Origin: a bacterium
GTDB lineage: Bacteria > Spirochaetota > Spirochaetia > Sphaerochaetales > Sphaerochaetaceae
Reading direction: 5' to 3'
Assembly (NCBI GenBank): GCA_031935845.1
Contig: JAJBWA010000026.1
Location: 232 to 64,231, forward strand
Length of the DNA stretch: 64,000 nt
Part shown: piece by piece, positions 27,601 through 36,403 of the stretch
Position numbering within the stretch: the first letter of the stretch is position 1
Layout: the number at the start of each line of letters is the position of its first letter
The notes under the pieces: generated by a model
The model's database searches: none
What the model saw: the letters and a program-made list of their open reading frames with translations, nothing else
Told to the model about the DNA's origin: nothing
Position numbers and translations under genes: made by a program

Positions 27601-27775
27601 GGTGTCCGTAATGGGGATGACCTGTGGCGAACGGAGGTCCGTCATAGAATGAGAATTCGTTGTCCGCCGGACGGGATTCTATCGATTTCCTGAAAACATC
27701 GTTTTTCTTCCAGAACTCAAGGATGCTCTCCTCCATCTTGGGGAAGTCCTGCCTTGGATCTACGCTTTTGAACAT
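24650..27775 (-). CDS. ileS: isoleucine--tRNA ligase, type 2
   Basis: HIGH-type PHYGH and KMSKSKGN motifs. 1041 aa, with the C-terminal region typical of type-2 (eukaryote-like) IleRS. Confidence 0.95.
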   Translation of the reverse strand: MFKSVDPRQDFPKMEESILEFWKKNDVFRKSIESRPADNEFSFYDGPPFATGHPHYGHLVPGTIKDIIPRYQTMKGKRVYRNWGWDCHGLPVENEMKKKLGISSAREINEYGVAKYNEECRSIVLRFTSDWENTINRMGRWVDFRHGYKTMDINFMESIWWVFKSLYDKGLIYKGYNILPYSPGLGCPLSNMEVNLGGYKDVTDPAITVRFKVRGTEDTYFLAWTTTPWTLPSNLALAMGPDIDYVKILDKESGDKYILGKSRLGSYYKDESAYEILEEYKGRELAGMRYYPLFDYFADLYDKGAFVTVLGDYVTTEDGCGIVHTAPGFGEDDYNVLKGTGIPVICPIDDECKFTSEVKDYEGLFVKDADKPIIQRLRDEGKLVKRENYLHSYPFCWRTGTPLIYRAMDCWFVKVTAIKDKMVANNKKVVWVPEHLRDGRFGKWLEGARDWAISRNRFWGNPIPVWQCDGSDYVEVIGSIEELEKKCGQKVTDLHKHYVDNLTWPSPDGKGTMRRVPDVLDCWFESGSMPYGQLHYPFENKERFAKTFPADFISEGLDQTRGWFYTLTIMATALFDKPAFLHNVTNGIILAEDGEKMSKSKGNFTDPMILVNKFGADSLRFALMNSAAVHADDVKFSDQMVKDVLKSLILPLWNSYSFFVTYANLDKYEPDDTPYEKLTNPLDRWMISVTEELTANMDDALGNYDIQRACGYLLAFMDKLNNWYIRRSRRRFWKSENDGDKKMAYNTLYKVLMTFIKLACPVIPFICEEIYQNLRRPTDPESVHLCDYPVYEKKHRDYALEKMMDLTMHAIVMGRSLRSAYNLKTRQPLKKLFLVDRDDEDRKILSDMSDIIAEELNVKEVEINSDETDLVDYSAKANFKILGAKLGKAMKEVAAKIQQIRSEKIAQILEGKSHEIDFGDDQKVEVSASDLVIQRTEKENLKVLNEGQLTVGFDTEVDQNLLNEGLARDIIRAIQTLRKESGFDVSDRIILEIGGDDDVKAAFEQFRSMIESETLTVSSSFNAGLDVPENDFGVRLSIRKA

Positions 27776-27790
27776 ATTCGTACTCCAGAT

Positions 27791-27819
27791 ATATTATTTC
27801 TTGAAATATAACGTGCTAA
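27791..27819 (-). promoter_or_regulatory. candidate ileS promoter TTAGCA-N17-TAATAT
   Basis: Minus-strand reading gives TTAGCA (27819-27814), a 17-nt spacer, TAATAT (27796-27791), then 15 nt (atctggagtacgaat) to ATG 27775. Confidence 0.35.
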
Positions 27820-27864
27820 CTATAATACTTTTCAGAGATAGCCTCAAGGTGCTAGACTTAAGCG

Positions 27865-29211
27865 GTGAAGACCTATCCCGTCAGCGACAGAATATCAAGA
27901 TTCGCCTCAGTGTTCAGGGAAAACGGATTCAGCCTCTACATAGTCGGAGGCGCCGTCCGGGACTGGCTTCTGGGCATTCCCAACAGCGACTACGATTTCT
28001 GCACCGACGCCCTGCCGGAGCAGGTCATGAAGATTTTCCGCAAAGTCATTCCCACAGGAATCAAGCATGGCACGGTCACGGTTCTTTTCCAGGGTGAAAG
28101 CTACGAGGTCACTACATTCAGGACAGAAGGTGCCTACTCCGACCGCAGGCATCCGGACAGCGTCACGTTCGTCAGCAGCCTTGAAGAAGACCTCTCACGC
28201 CGCGACTTCACCGTAAACGCCTTTGCCGCGGACTGCTCGGACGGCAGGATAATCGACCTCTTCGACGGAATGAAGGACCTAAGGGACAATGTCATCCGTG
28301 CAATAGGAAATCCCCTTGAGCGGTTCTCCGAAGATGCCCTGAGGATGATGCGACTGGCTCGGTTCTGTTCAAAACTGGGATTCTTTGCAGATCCTGCCAC
28401 ACAGCAGGCAGCGCTTCAGCTTCATGACACCATCTCCGATGTATCTCAGGAAAGGATATTCGACGAACTATCAAAGATCCTCATGACCAAGGTTCCGACT
28501 GTGGGACTGAGGATGCTTGAGACAACCGGAATCCTAGAGAAGATCCTTCCGGAACTGTATGCCTGCAAGGCAATCGAACAGACCAAAGTAGGCGCCACGA
28601 ACGTTCTCGAGCACATCTACAACACGGTGGATGCCGCAGCTTCATGGAACTACTGCTTCACGGTACGTCTGGCTGCCCTGCTCCATGACATTGCCAAGCC
28701 CCGGACCATGAGCATAAATACTTACGGCATAATGCGTTTCCACGGCCATGACGTAAAGTCTGCCGAGATGGCACGCACGGTCATGAGAAGGCTCAAGTGC
28801 TCCAATCAGATGACCGATGACGTGTGCATCCTGATTGCCAACCACATGGTCAAATACCGCAGCGACTGGACTGACGGAGCCGTCAAGCGCTTCATCAGGC
28901 GTGTGGGAAAAGACAACATCAACAACCTCTTCGAGCTCCAGTGGTGCGACCAGATTGCGTCCGAAGGCAAGAGCAAGGTCGACGAGTATGACGAGTTCAT
29001 TTCACGCATCAAGGAACTTGAGAACCAGCCCATGAGCATCAGGGATCTGGATATAACCGGAGACGATCTTGCAGCTGCCGGAATCCCGAAATCCAAGGTC
29101 ATGGGAGACATCCTGAATCAGCTTCTGGAGATGGTCATAGACTATCCCACGCTCAATACCAAAGAGACATTGCTGAATCAGGCAATTATTTTATACGAAA
29201 AGAATAAATAA
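27865..29211 (+). CDS. cca: CCA-adding tRNA nucleotidyltransferase with an HD domain
   Basis: YIVGGAVRDWLLG...DYDF head domain and the HD motif LAALLHDIAKP. GTG start as in the ORF track. Confidence 0.82.
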   Translation: MKTYPVSDRISRFASVFRENGFSLYIVGGAVRDWLLGIPNSDYDFCTDALPEQVMKIFRKVIPTGIKHGTVTVLFQGESYEVTTFRTEGAYSDRRHPDSVTFVSSLEEDLSRRDFTVNAFAADCSDGRIIDLFDGMKDLRDNVIRAIGNPLERFSEDALRMMRLARFCSKLGFFADPATQQAALQLHDTISDVSQERIFDELSKILMTKVPTVGLRMLETTGILEKILPELYACKAIEQTKVGATNVLEHIYNTVDAAASWNYCFTVRLAALLHDIAKPRTMSINTYGIMRFHGHDVKSAEMARTVMRRLKCSNQMTDDVCILIANHMVKYRSDWTDGAVKRFIRRVGKDNINNLFELQWCDQIASEGKSKVDEYDEFISRIKELENQPMSIRDLDITGDDLAAAGIPKSKVMGDILNQLLEMVIDYPTLNTKETLLNQAIILYEKNK

Positions 29212-29214
29212 GGC

Positions 29215-29955
29215 TCAGAACGCCACACCCAGCTGCTCCAGGGCAAGCTTGGCCACGTTCTGTTCCGCGTCTTTCTTGTTGTGGCCCTCGGCCGGGCCGT
29301 AGGTCTTTCCCTGGATGTTGACGCAATAGCTGAAGACCTGATCATGCTCCGGTCCTCTGGAACCGACAAGTGAATATGTCGGGACTTTCTTGTACCTCTT
29401 CTGGATATACTCCTGAAGCATGGTCTTGTAGTCCTTGCGGTAATGGTTTCCTATGACTTTCTCAATTATCGGAACAATCTCGCGGAGTACGAATGCCTTT
29501 GCAGCCTCAAAGCCCTTGTCCAGGAAGATTGCTGCAATCAGAGCCTCGGTGCAGTCTGCAAGAATGGCCTTCTTCATCCTTCCGCCTGAAAGCTCCTCGC
29601 CCCTTCCCATGACCAGCAGCTTGTCCAGGCCCAGTCCGGTGGCTACTTCGAACAGGGCGTCTTCGCTGACCACAAGGCTTCTGACACGGGTGCATTCGCC
29701 CTCGTCTCCCTTCAGATTACCGTACAGCCATTCGGATACTACGACGGATAGTACGCTGTCACCCAGGAACTCAAGGCGCTCATTGTCGGATATACCGCGC
29801 TGACGCACCTCATTGGCAAACGAGGAATGGATGAATGCGTTGTCCAGTAAAGAGATATCTGAGAATTCAAGACCGTTTGCGGCCTGAAAAAACGAAAGCT
29901 CCCTCTTTCTGTCTTCAGAAAGAAAAGGAGCTCCTTTGGACTTCAGATCAGACAT
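29215..29955 (-). CDS. rnc: ribonuclease III
   Basis: ERLEFLGDSVL signature and a C-terminal dsRBD. Confidence 0.92.
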   Translation of the reverse strand: MSDLKSKGAPFLSEDRKRELSFFQAANGLEFSDISLLDNAFIHSSFANEVRQRGISDNERLEFLGDSVLSVVVSEWLYGNLKGDEGECTRVRSLVVSEDALFEVATGLGLDKLLVMGRGEELSGGRMKKAILADCTEALIAAIFLDKGFEAAKAFVLREIVPIIEKVIGNHYRKDYKTMLQEYIQKRYKKVPTYSLVGSRGPEHDQVFSYCVNIQGKTYGPAEGHNKKDAEQNVAKLALEQLGVAF

Positions 29956-29958
29956 AAA

Positions 29959-30207
29959 TCAGAGAAGACTTGCCAGATAATCAACTGCCTCGCCGACTGT
30001 CTCGAATGTCCTGCCCTTCTCATCAGGAATGGTGATGTCGAATTCCTCTTCAAATCCGCTGACTAGATCAAGGATATCCATGCTGTCAGCCTTGAGGTCG
30101 TTCACAAATGATGACTCTCTGGTGATGGTATCCTCATCAACAGCGAGCTTGTCGGCGATGATTGCCTTAACCTTGTTGAAAACTTCAGTATTTGTCATCG
30201 AAATCAC
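29959..30207 (-). CDS. acpP: acyl carrier protein
   Basis: 82 aa, with LKADSMDILDL holding the phosphopantetheine-attachment Ser. Confidence 0.9.
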   Translation of the reverse strand: MISMTNTEVFNKVKAIIADKLAVDEDTITRESSFVNDLKADSMDILDLVSGFEEEFDITIPDEKGRTFETVGEAVDYLASLL

Positions 30208-30386
30208 TCCTCAGGATTGACTACCTGGACTCCCTTGTAATATCCGCACTGGGGGCATACGCGATGCGGCAGAATCAGCTGACCACACTTGGTGCACTTG
30301 CAGAGAGTGGGAGCCTGAAGCTTCATGTTTGCAGCCTTGCGTGATGCGGCTCTGGATTTGGATGTCTTATATTTGGGTGTCGCCAT
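30204..30386 (-). CDS. rpmF: 50S ribosomal protein L32
   Basis: MATPKYKTSKSRAASRKA... with CTKCGQ...CPQCGYYKG. GAGGT SD upstream. Confidence 0.9.
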   Translation of the reverse strand: MATPKYKTSKSRAASRKAANMKLQAPTLCKCTKCGQLILPHRVCPQCGYYKGVQVVNPEE

Positions 30387-30427
30387 ACTATTACCTCTGT
30401 ATAACCAATAAATTAAACAACATTGTG

Positions 30428-30456
30428 AGAATATATAAAATATTGATTTAAGTCAA
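30428..30456 (-). promoter_or_regulatory. candidate rpmF-acpP-rnc promoter TTGACT-N17-TATTCT
   Basis: Minus-strand reading gives TTGACT (30456-30451), a 17-nt spacer, TATTCT (30433-30428). Confidence 0.35.
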
Positions 30457-30459
30457 TGC

Positions 30460-30948
30460 TTATGCGTGTTCCAGCTTGGCTTTGACTCTCTTCTGGACCA
30501 GTTCAGGCACCATTTTGGAGATATCTGCACCGAAAACGGCCATCTCCTTGATGCTGGAGCTCCTGATAAGGAAATACTTGGGATCCGTAGGGATGAAAAG
30601 CACCTCCAGATTCGGACACATCTGCTTGTATGTCATGGCAAGTTCGAACTCGTATCCGAAGTCGTTCATGGCCCTTACGCCGCGGATCACGACACCGCAG
30701 TCATGCACCTTGGCAAAATCAACGACAAGTCCGCTCCAGATGCACACCTCGATGTTGCCGTAACCTGAAAGCAGCTCCTCAAGCATCTTCTTGCGCTCCT
30801 CGGCCGAGAAGAGCGTTTTCTTTGCTATGTTGTCTGCTATGACCACGAACAGCCTGTCATACAGCAGTGCTGATCTTTCGATTATGTCCATGTGTCCGAC
30901 TGTCGGCGGATCGAATGATCCCGGAAGCATTGCCCACTTGGTGTTCAT
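30460..30948 (-). CDS. coaD: phosphopantetheine adenylyltransferase
   Basis: PGSFDPPTVGHMDII motif. 162 aa. Confidence 0.9.
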   Translation of the reverse strand: MNTKWAMLPGSFDPPTVGHMDIIERSALLYDRLFVVIADNIAKKTLFSAEERKKMLEELLSGYGNIEVCIWSGLVVDFAKVHDCGVVIRGVRAMNDFGYEFELAMTYKQMCPNLEVLFIPTDPKYFLIRSSSIKEMAVFGADISKMVPELVQKRVKAKLEHA

Positions 30949-31352
30949 TCCTTTGATCCCTCCACATATTTCTTTGCGCTGTCGAAACTTTCCTTGGACT
31001 CGTACGGGATGCGGGTCTTGACCACATAGTGCCCATCCCCGTCCTTCGTGAAGACGGCGAAGTTCCCGTGTCCGGAATAGGAGATGTACTCCCCTTCCTT
31101 GACGTCCTCCTGTTTCCTGAGCTTCTCGATGACGCAGTCGAAGTGGCTGAATCCGCCGTCTGCCTCACTTATGGCTTCGGCTATGAACTCAATGGGTTTT
31201 CCGCAGATCCTGCACTCCGGCCTGGGTTCGTTGACCTGAGGCACGGCTACATCCTCGAACGTCATGTGCTTTCTGTCAGGCTGTGCCTTCTGGATCTGGT
31301 CATTGCCGTTTCCGGGCTTTCTCTTCTTCTTCCTGTTCCTGTCATTACCCAT
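30945..31352 (-). CDS. hypothetical small basic protein with a CxxC...HxxC motif
   Basis: MGNDRNRKKKRKPGNGN..., CRICGKPIEF...HFDC. Overlaps the yraN stop by 1 nt and the coaD start by 4 nt. Confidence 0.6.
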   Translation of the reverse strand: MGNDRNRKKKRKPGNGNDQIQKAQPDRKHMTFEDVAVPQVNEPRPECRICGKPIEFIAEAISEADGGFSHFDCVIEKLRKQEDVKEGEYISYSGHGNFAVFTKDGDGHYVVKTRIPYESKESFDSAKKYVEGSKE

Positions 31353-31705
31353 CAGAAATCATCTCCACGATAGAAAGTGACATTACCGCCGGTGACGGCC
31401 GCAACATCAAAACGGATGCTTTTGTAATGCACCTTATCATCCGATGAAGAAAGGAAATACTCAAGCGTCTTCCTAAGTCTCATGCGCTTCTGGGGACTGA
31501 CCATGTACATGATGTCCTCAGACGGCCACCTGCCTGTAAGGCTCTTGACCTCGGTGACGCAGAGTACTCCCTTGTCCGAGAGTGAAAGGACATCTATCTC
31601 TCCGTAGCGGCACCTGTAGTTCCTGGCCAGGATCACATGCCCTTCTCCGGCCAGCTTGTCGGCGACAAGCTGCTCGCAGATATCCCCTTTTCTCTTGGTC
31701 TCCAT
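31352..31705 (-). CDS. yraN: YraN-family (UPF0102) endonuclease-like protein
   Basis: ILARNYRCRYGEIDVL... is the typical UPF0102 core. 117 aa. Confidence 0.8.
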   Translation of the reverse strand: METKRKGDICEQLVADKLAGEGHVILARNYRCRYGEIDVLSLSDKGVLCVTEVKSLTGRWPSEDIMYMVSPQKRMRLRKTLEYFLSSSDDKVHYKSIRFDVAAVTGGNVTFYRGDDF

Positions 31706-31716
31706 TATATCACCTT

Positions 31717-31755
31717 ATAAAAAAGACGGATGCACACAGATGTGGCCTCCGTCTT
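31717..31755 (-). terminator. intrinsic terminator after rplS
   Basis: Minus-strand RNA: AAGACGGA (31755-31748), a 17-nt loop, UCCGUCUU (31730-31723), then UUUUAUAA. Confidence 0.65.
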
Positions 31756-31776
31756 CTCATTATCAGAATACTGAAC

Positions 31777-32136
31777 TCAGATTCCCTTGTGTCCGCGGAT
31801 CTGCTCAGGAACCTTGGCGGCCTTACCGACCTTGTCTCTGAGATAGTAGAGCTTGGCTCTTCTGACACGACCGCGTCTGATGACCTCGATCTTCTCCACT
31901 CTGGGTGAGTGCAGCGGAAAAATCCTCTCGACACCGACACCGTAGGAAATCTTCCTAACGACGAATGTCCTTCTGATGCCTGTGTTGTTCTTTGCAATTA
32001 CAACACCCTCGTAAACCTGGATTCTCTCGGTTGCTCCCTCGACGATCTTGAAGTAAACCTTGACTGTGTCGCCAACGTGGAAGTTCTCGGCATCCTGCTT
32101 CATCTGTTCCTGTTCAATAGCCTTAATCAAGTCCAT
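31777..32136 (-). CDS. rplS: 50S ribosomal protein L19
   Basis: [30 protein letters not shown] is typical L19. Confidence 0.93.
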   Translation of the reverse strand: MDLIKAIEQEQMKQDAENFHVGDTVKVYFKIVEGATERIQVYEGVVIAKNNTGIRRTFVVRKISYGVGVERIFPLHSPRVEKIEVIRRGRVRRAKLYYLRDKVGKAAKVPEQIRGHKGI

Positions 32137-32866
32137 TCTGTAACCCCTTGGTCAATTTGATTTCTTTTAATATCTTGCCGGCCTCGTCATCAAGTGACGC
32201 ATTCTCCAGCAGGTCAGGCCTGTTCGACAAAGTCTTTTCAAGCCTTTTGCGCAGCCTCCACTTCTCTATGTTGGCATGATGGCCTGACAATAATATATCA
32301 GGAACCGACATTCCGCAATAGGTCTCCGGTCTGGTGTACTGTGGGTATTCCAGAAGCGGACCGGTGAAGCTCTCCTCATCGAGTGAGGAATCCGTGATAA
32401 CTCCGTCTATCAGCCTGTAGACGGCATCTATTATCACCAGGGTGGCTACTTCCCCTGAGGAAATAACGTAATCACCTATGCATATCTCGTCATCGACATA
32501 ACGATCGATTATCCGCTGGTCGATACCTTCGTAATGACCGCAGATGAAGACCAGCTCAGGATCCCGGCTCAGTTGCCTGGCATAGTCCTGTGTCAGCCGT
32601 TTTCCCGATGGGGATGCGTAGACGACACGCTTGTTCATGGCATCAATGCGATCTAGAGCTTTGAAGAGCGGTTCGGGTTTGATGACCATGCCCGCACCCC
32701 CGCCAAAGGGTGAATCGTCACACTTGTGGTGCTTGTCCTCCGCGTACTGTCTCCAGTCAACGATATTGTAGGAGACAAGTCCGGACTTGACAGCCCGCGC
32801 CATGATCGAATTCGTGAAAAAGCCGCTTACCATCTCGGGAAAGAGCGTGAGAATATCTATATTCAA
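32123..32866 (-). CDS. trmD: tRNA (guanine37-N1)-methyltransferase
   Basis: [20 protein letters not shown] and GHYEGIDQR motifs. Confidence 0.93.
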   Translation of the reverse strand: MNIDILTLFPEMVSGFFTNSIMARAVKSGLVSYNIVDWRQYAEDKHHKCDDSPFGGGAGMVIKPEPLFKALDRIDAMNKRVVYASPSGKRLTQDYARQLSRDPELVFICGHYEGIDQRIIDRYVDDEICIGDYVISSGEVATLVIIDAVYRLIDGVITDSSLDEESFTGPLLEYPQYTRPETYCGMSVPDILLSGHHANIEKWRLRKRLEKTLSNRPDLLENASLDDEAGKILKEIKLTKGLQNGLD

Positions 32867-33372
32867 TCCAACAGCTCCGCCCTGAGAAGCCTCATGGTTC
32901 CCTTCCCGACATCGACATCATCAATGAACACGCCCTTCATGTACGGTACAAGATGAAGTCTGTCGTTCCTGGTGGTCTTCACCTCAAGCAGAAGTGCCTG
33001 GGCTCCGTCCATCACTGAAACCACTTCAGCGACTTCTTCGTTATCATATACCAGCTTCATACCCTGTAGGTCAGCTGTGTAAACCTCTCCTTCCTCAAGC
33101 CTGCTGGCCTGATCTCTAGGTACCAGAATTTCCCAACCGGAAATGAATCTTGCGTCCTCCGGTGAGTCGATTCCCCTGAACTTCATCAGAAGCTCATCGG
33201 AATGCTCCTGCACCTTCTCGACTTCAAGTCTTCTGGTCTTATCTCCACGCTGAACGGTAACTTCCTTCAGCTTGAAGAAATGATCAAAGTCATCCGAAAA
33301 CGGATGCACCTTGACATAGCCTTTTACGCCATGCGGGGATCTGATCACTCCGGTTGAAAGGACCTGTCTCAT
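32863..33372 (-). CDS. rimM: 16S rRNA processing protein RimM
   Basis: GVIRSPHGVKGYVKV N-terminus. Conserved rpsP-rimM-trmD-rplS order. Confidence 0.88.
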   Translation of the reverse strand: MRQVLSTGVIRSPHGVKGYVKVHPFSDDFDHFFKLKEVTVQRGDKTRRLEVEKVQEHSDELLMKFRGIDSPEDARFISGWEILVPRDQASRLEEGEVYTADLQGMKLVYDNEEVAEVVSVMDGAQALLLEVKTTRNDRLHLVPYMKGVFIDDVDVGKGTMRLLRAELLD

Positions 33373-33377
33373 ACCAG

Positions 33378-33611
33378 TCAGTCCAGTATCTCAAGGCTGG
33401 CGTGCTTGCCGCTTTTGGTCGCTGTAGCGCTGAGGATGGTCCTCAGGGCCTTTGCGATCCTGCCCTGCTTGCCGATCACTTTGCCGATGTCATCCGGAGA
33501 AACCCTGAGCTCAAGAATCGTGGACTTCTCGCCCTCGACCACATTGACCTCGACACTCTCGGGCTGGTCGACCAGAGATCTGACAATGTATTCAACCAGT
33601 TCCTTTTCCAC
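33378..33611 (-). CDS. khpA: KH-domain RNA-binding protein (UPF0109/KhpA-like)
   Basis: 77 aa, with the GxxG loop in [18 protein letters not shown]. Typical position after rpsP. Confidence 0.8.
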   Translation of the reverse strand: MEKELVEYIVRSLVDQPESVEVNVVEGEKSTILELRVSPDDIGKVIGKQGRIAKALRTILSATATKSGKHASLEILD

Positions 33612-33615
33612 TTAC

Positions 33616-33885
33616 TCAGTCCTTTGCAGGAGCTTTGGTGGTCTGGATACCCTGCTTTGCAAAAATAGCCTTGACTGTATCAGAAGGCTGTGCACCGTTG
33701 CTGAGCCAGTATGCTGCTCTCTCAGCATCGATCTTGACCTGGTTCTCTTCAGCCTCGATGGGGTGATAGAAACCGATCTCCTCAAGGGGTCTTCCTGAAT
33801 TGGAAAGCCTTGAATCGATGACAACCACTCTGTAATAGGGTCTCTTCTTTGTACCGAATCTCTTCAGTCTGATACTAACGCTCAC
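33616..33885 (-). CDS. rpsP: 30S ribosomal protein S16
   Basis: [22 protein letters not shown] is typical S16. Confidence 0.93.
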   Translation of the reverse strand: MSVSIRLKRFGTKKRPYYRVVVIDSRLSNSGRPLEEIGFYHPIEAEENQVKIDAERAAYWLSNGAQPSDTVKAIFAKQGIQTTKAPAKD

Positions 33886-33906
33886 GTCTTTTCCTCCTAC
33901 ACGAAC

Positions 33907-35244
33907 TCAATTCATACCCATCTGCTTCATCATTGCAGACTGATACTTTTTATTCTTTGCGAGCTTCTTCATATTCAGCCGCATCTTTTCAAATTTCTTC
34001 AGAAGATGTCCGACTTCACCTACGGAAGTTCCGCTTCCCTTGGCGATCCTTCTCTTCCGAGCCGGACCAATTATATAGATATTCTGTCTTTCTTGGAAGG
34101 TCATTGACTGAATTATTGCTTTTTCTTTCAGCAATTCCTTCTTGTCGATGTCATCTTCCGAGATATTTCCCTTTGCACCGGGCAGCATGTCGATGATTTT
34201 TCCGATTCCACCCATCTTTGTCATGCTCTCGATCTGCTCCAGGTAGTCCTGCAGGTCAAAGGTGTTCTTTGCCATCTTCTCCTGCAGCTTGGCGGCCTGT
34301 TTCTCGTCAAAAGCCTCCTGAGCCTTCTCCACCAGGGTGACGATGTCTCCCATTCCCAGGATCCTGCTGGCCATCCTGTCCGGATAGAACGGCTCGATGT
34401 TCTCCATCTTCTCGCCCACACCGATGAACTTGATGGGTTTTCCGACGACTTCCCTGAGGGACATGGCGGCACCGCCACGGGTATCCGAATCGAACTTGGT
34501 GAGGATGACACCCGTGATTCCGACCTTCTCCTCGAACTCCTGGGCGATGGTCACGGCATTCTGACCCGTCATGGCATCGGCAACGAACAGCCTCTCGTCA
34601 GGCTTGACGGCCGCATCGACGTCCATCAGCTCCTTCATCATCTGTTCATCCAGATACATTCTTCCGGAAGTATCGACTATCAGCACATCATACTGCTCGC
34701 GCTTTGCCTTCTTGAGGGCATTCAGTGCAACTGCCGGAGCATCCTTTGAATCCGGTTCGGCATAGACGGGAACATCTACCTGCTCGCCCAGAACCTGCAG
34801 CTGCGTGATTGCAGCCGGCCTGACAAGGTCACATGCGGCCATCATCACGCGCCTGCCCTGCTTCTTGAGCATCAAGGCAAGTTTTGCACTGGTAGTGGTC
34901 TTACCGGAACCCTGAAGACCCATCATCAGGATTACGGTTACGGTATCAGGACCCTTGAGGTTGAGCTTCTGATGGTCGGGATCTCCCAGCAGCTGGACCA
35001 TCTTGTCATAGACGATCTTGGTGAACTGCTGGCCGGGATCCACGGCCTTGAGGACTTTGTCGCCCTTGGCCTCTTCCATGGTCCTGTTGACGAATCTCCT
35101 TACGACCCTGAGGTTTACGTCAGCATCAAGGAGGGCTACCTTTATCTCTTCAACGGCGTCCTGGATGTTCTTTTCGGTAATCTTGGACTTGCCGGACAAC
35201 GAGCGGAATATAGATGAGAATTTGTCACTGATTGAATCAAACAT
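33907..35244 (-). CDS. ffh: signal recognition particle protein Ffh
   Basis: MFDSISDKFSSIFRSLSG N-terminus, GLQGSGKTTT, DTSGR, TKFD, and a Met-rich M domain. Confidence 0.95.
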   Translation of the reverse strand: MFDSISDKFSSIFRSLSGKSKITEKNIQDAVEEIKVALLDADVNLRVVRRFVNRTMEEAKGDKVLKAVDPGQQFTKIVYDKMVQLLGDPDHQKLNLKGPDTVTVILMMGLQGSGKTTTSAKLALMLKKQGRRVMMAACDLVRPAAITQLQVLGEQVDVPVYAEPDSKDAPAVALNALKKAKREQYDVLIVDTSGRMYLDEQMMKELMDVDAAVKPDERLFVADAMTGQNAVTIAQEFEEKVGITGVILTKFDSDTRGGAAMSLREVVGKPIKFIGVGEKMENIEPFYPDRMASRILGMGDIVTLVEKAQEAFDEKQAAKLQEKMAKNTFDLQDYLEQIESMTKMGGIGKIIDMLPGAKGNISEDDIDKKELLKEKAIIQSMTFQERQNIYIIGPARKRRIAKGSGTSVGEVGHLLKKFEKMRLNMKKLAKNKKYQSAMMKQMGMN

Positions 35245-35253
35245 AACCGAGAA

Positions 35254-35282
35254 ATTATGACTAAAAAAAAATATATTGTCTA
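35254..35282 (-). promoter_or_regulatory. candidate ffh-operon promoter TAGACA-N17-CATAAT, 9 nt from the ATG
   Basis: Minus-strand reading gives TAGACA (35282-35277), a 17-nt spacer, CATAAT (35259-35254), then ttctcggtt and ATG 35244. No SD. Confidence 0.4.
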
Positions 35283-35302
35283 GTGTGGTTCAGGCGGCTC
35301 TG

Positions 35303-36163
35303 TCAGCTATGGGTGACAGAAAAGTTCCATTGTCTGAGAACAGTAGCCTTCTCCTCTTCAGACATCCTTCCGAGCACTGCACTGTACAGGACGTCGGTGA
35401 CGAAGATCTGCAGGATCCTGGTCAGTGTGGAACCCGTGCGGTATTCATAGCCGGATGCAGGAATCTGGAGCTTGACGTCGGCAAGACGGGACAGATGGTT
35501 GTGTCCGATCTTGGTCAGCGTGATGAGCTTTCCGTTGCTGTCCTTGACTGCCTTTGCGGCGGAATTGACCAGCTGGTCCTCTCCGAAATAAGAAATGCCG
35601 AATGCAACCATATCCTCGGTCATGGAATATGACTGGGCAATCTGCAGGTTGACGTCCTTTGTGTAGATGACGTTCTTTCCGAGTCTTGCAAGCTTGTACT
35701 GGAGGTCATTCAGGATGACTTCTGCAGAACCTGTTCCCAGAAGGAGAACGGTCTTGGAACGGTAGATTAGGTCAGCTGCGGCATCGACTGTCTTGGGGTC
35801 CAGGATGGACTCAAGGTTTGCAAGGTTCTTGCTGGTGAACTTGATGTACTGGACGATCAGTTCCCTGGTTCCCAGGCCGGAGTCATAGAAGTTGCCCATC
35901 ACCTGCTCCGGCTCCTCTTCCCTGCCTTCATTGGAGAAGACCTCACGTGAGAGCCTGATCTTGAAGTCGGAATAGCCGTCGACATTCAGTCTCTTGCACA
36001 GCCTCACGACGATTGCGGGGCTGGAACCTGCAGCTGCTGCAAGTTCAGTCATTGTCATGAATAACGGAGCCGAGGGGTTCTGGAGAACGTAATCGGCAAT
36101 CCTTCTCTCTGACGAGGGAAGCTCTTTTTCTATCTGTTCAATTAAAGTCAGTAAGCTCTGCAT
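35303..36163 (-). CDS. MurR/RpiR-family transcriptional regulator (HTH plus SIS domain)
   Basis: N-terminal HTH (ERRIADYVLQNP...MTMTELAAAAGSSPAIVVRLCKRL) and a SIS domain (VLLLGTGSAEVI). Confidence 0.85.
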   Translation of the reverse strand: MQSLLTLIEQIEKELPSSERRIADYVLQNPSAPLFMTMTELAAAAGSSPAIVVRLCKRLNVDGYSDFKIRLSREVFSNEGREEEPEQVMGNFYDSGLGTRELIVQYIKFTSKNLANLESILDPKTVDAAADLIYRSKTVLLLGTGSAEVILNDLQYKLARLGKNVIYTKDVNLQIAQSYSMTEDMVAFGISYFGEDQLVNSAAKAVKDSNGKLITLTKIGHNHLSRLADVKLQIPASGYEYRTGSTLTRILQIFVTDVLYSAVLGRMSEEEKATVLRQWNFSVTHS

Positions 36164-36371
36164 ACTCGCAATGATACCATAAGTAAACGGTTTTGTAAAG
36201 AATTTTTTAATTTTGAAAATTTATTTTATTTTATATTTATGTAAATTTTCATTCACGCGCGCCTCGGAAAGTATGTCCGCAGACAGGTTTCCGGGAAAAA
36301 GATACAGGCATGATTGCCTTATTGCGCTTTCCATGTTATTATACAAGCAGAAACAGAAAACGATACTAATG

Positions 36372-36403
36372 CCGAGCAGACGAAAGTCTGCCCGGTTTTG
36401 TTT
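36372..36403 (+). terminator. intrinsic terminator/attenuator in the greA leader
   Basis: CCGAGCAGAC (36372-36381), GAAA tetraloop, GTCTGCCCGG (36386-36395): 9 bp with one A/C mismatch, followed by TTTTGTTT. Lies 65 nt upstream of the greA ATG. Confidence 0.65.

Noticed and set aside
31706-31722. TATAAG 6 nt upstream of the yraN ATG as another leaderless promoter.
   Set aside because: No acceptable -35 at 16-18 nt. The hexamer is formed by the U-tract of the rplS terminator, so the match may be incidental.
36281-36305. GACAGGTTTCCGGGAAAAAG resembles the SRP RNA domain IV sequence (GTCAGGTCCGGAAGGAAGCAG).
   Set aside because: The GNRA tetraloop with its closing pairs and the symmetric-loop nucleotides are not reproduced, and no complementary 3' strand follows. 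It is not an ffs gene.
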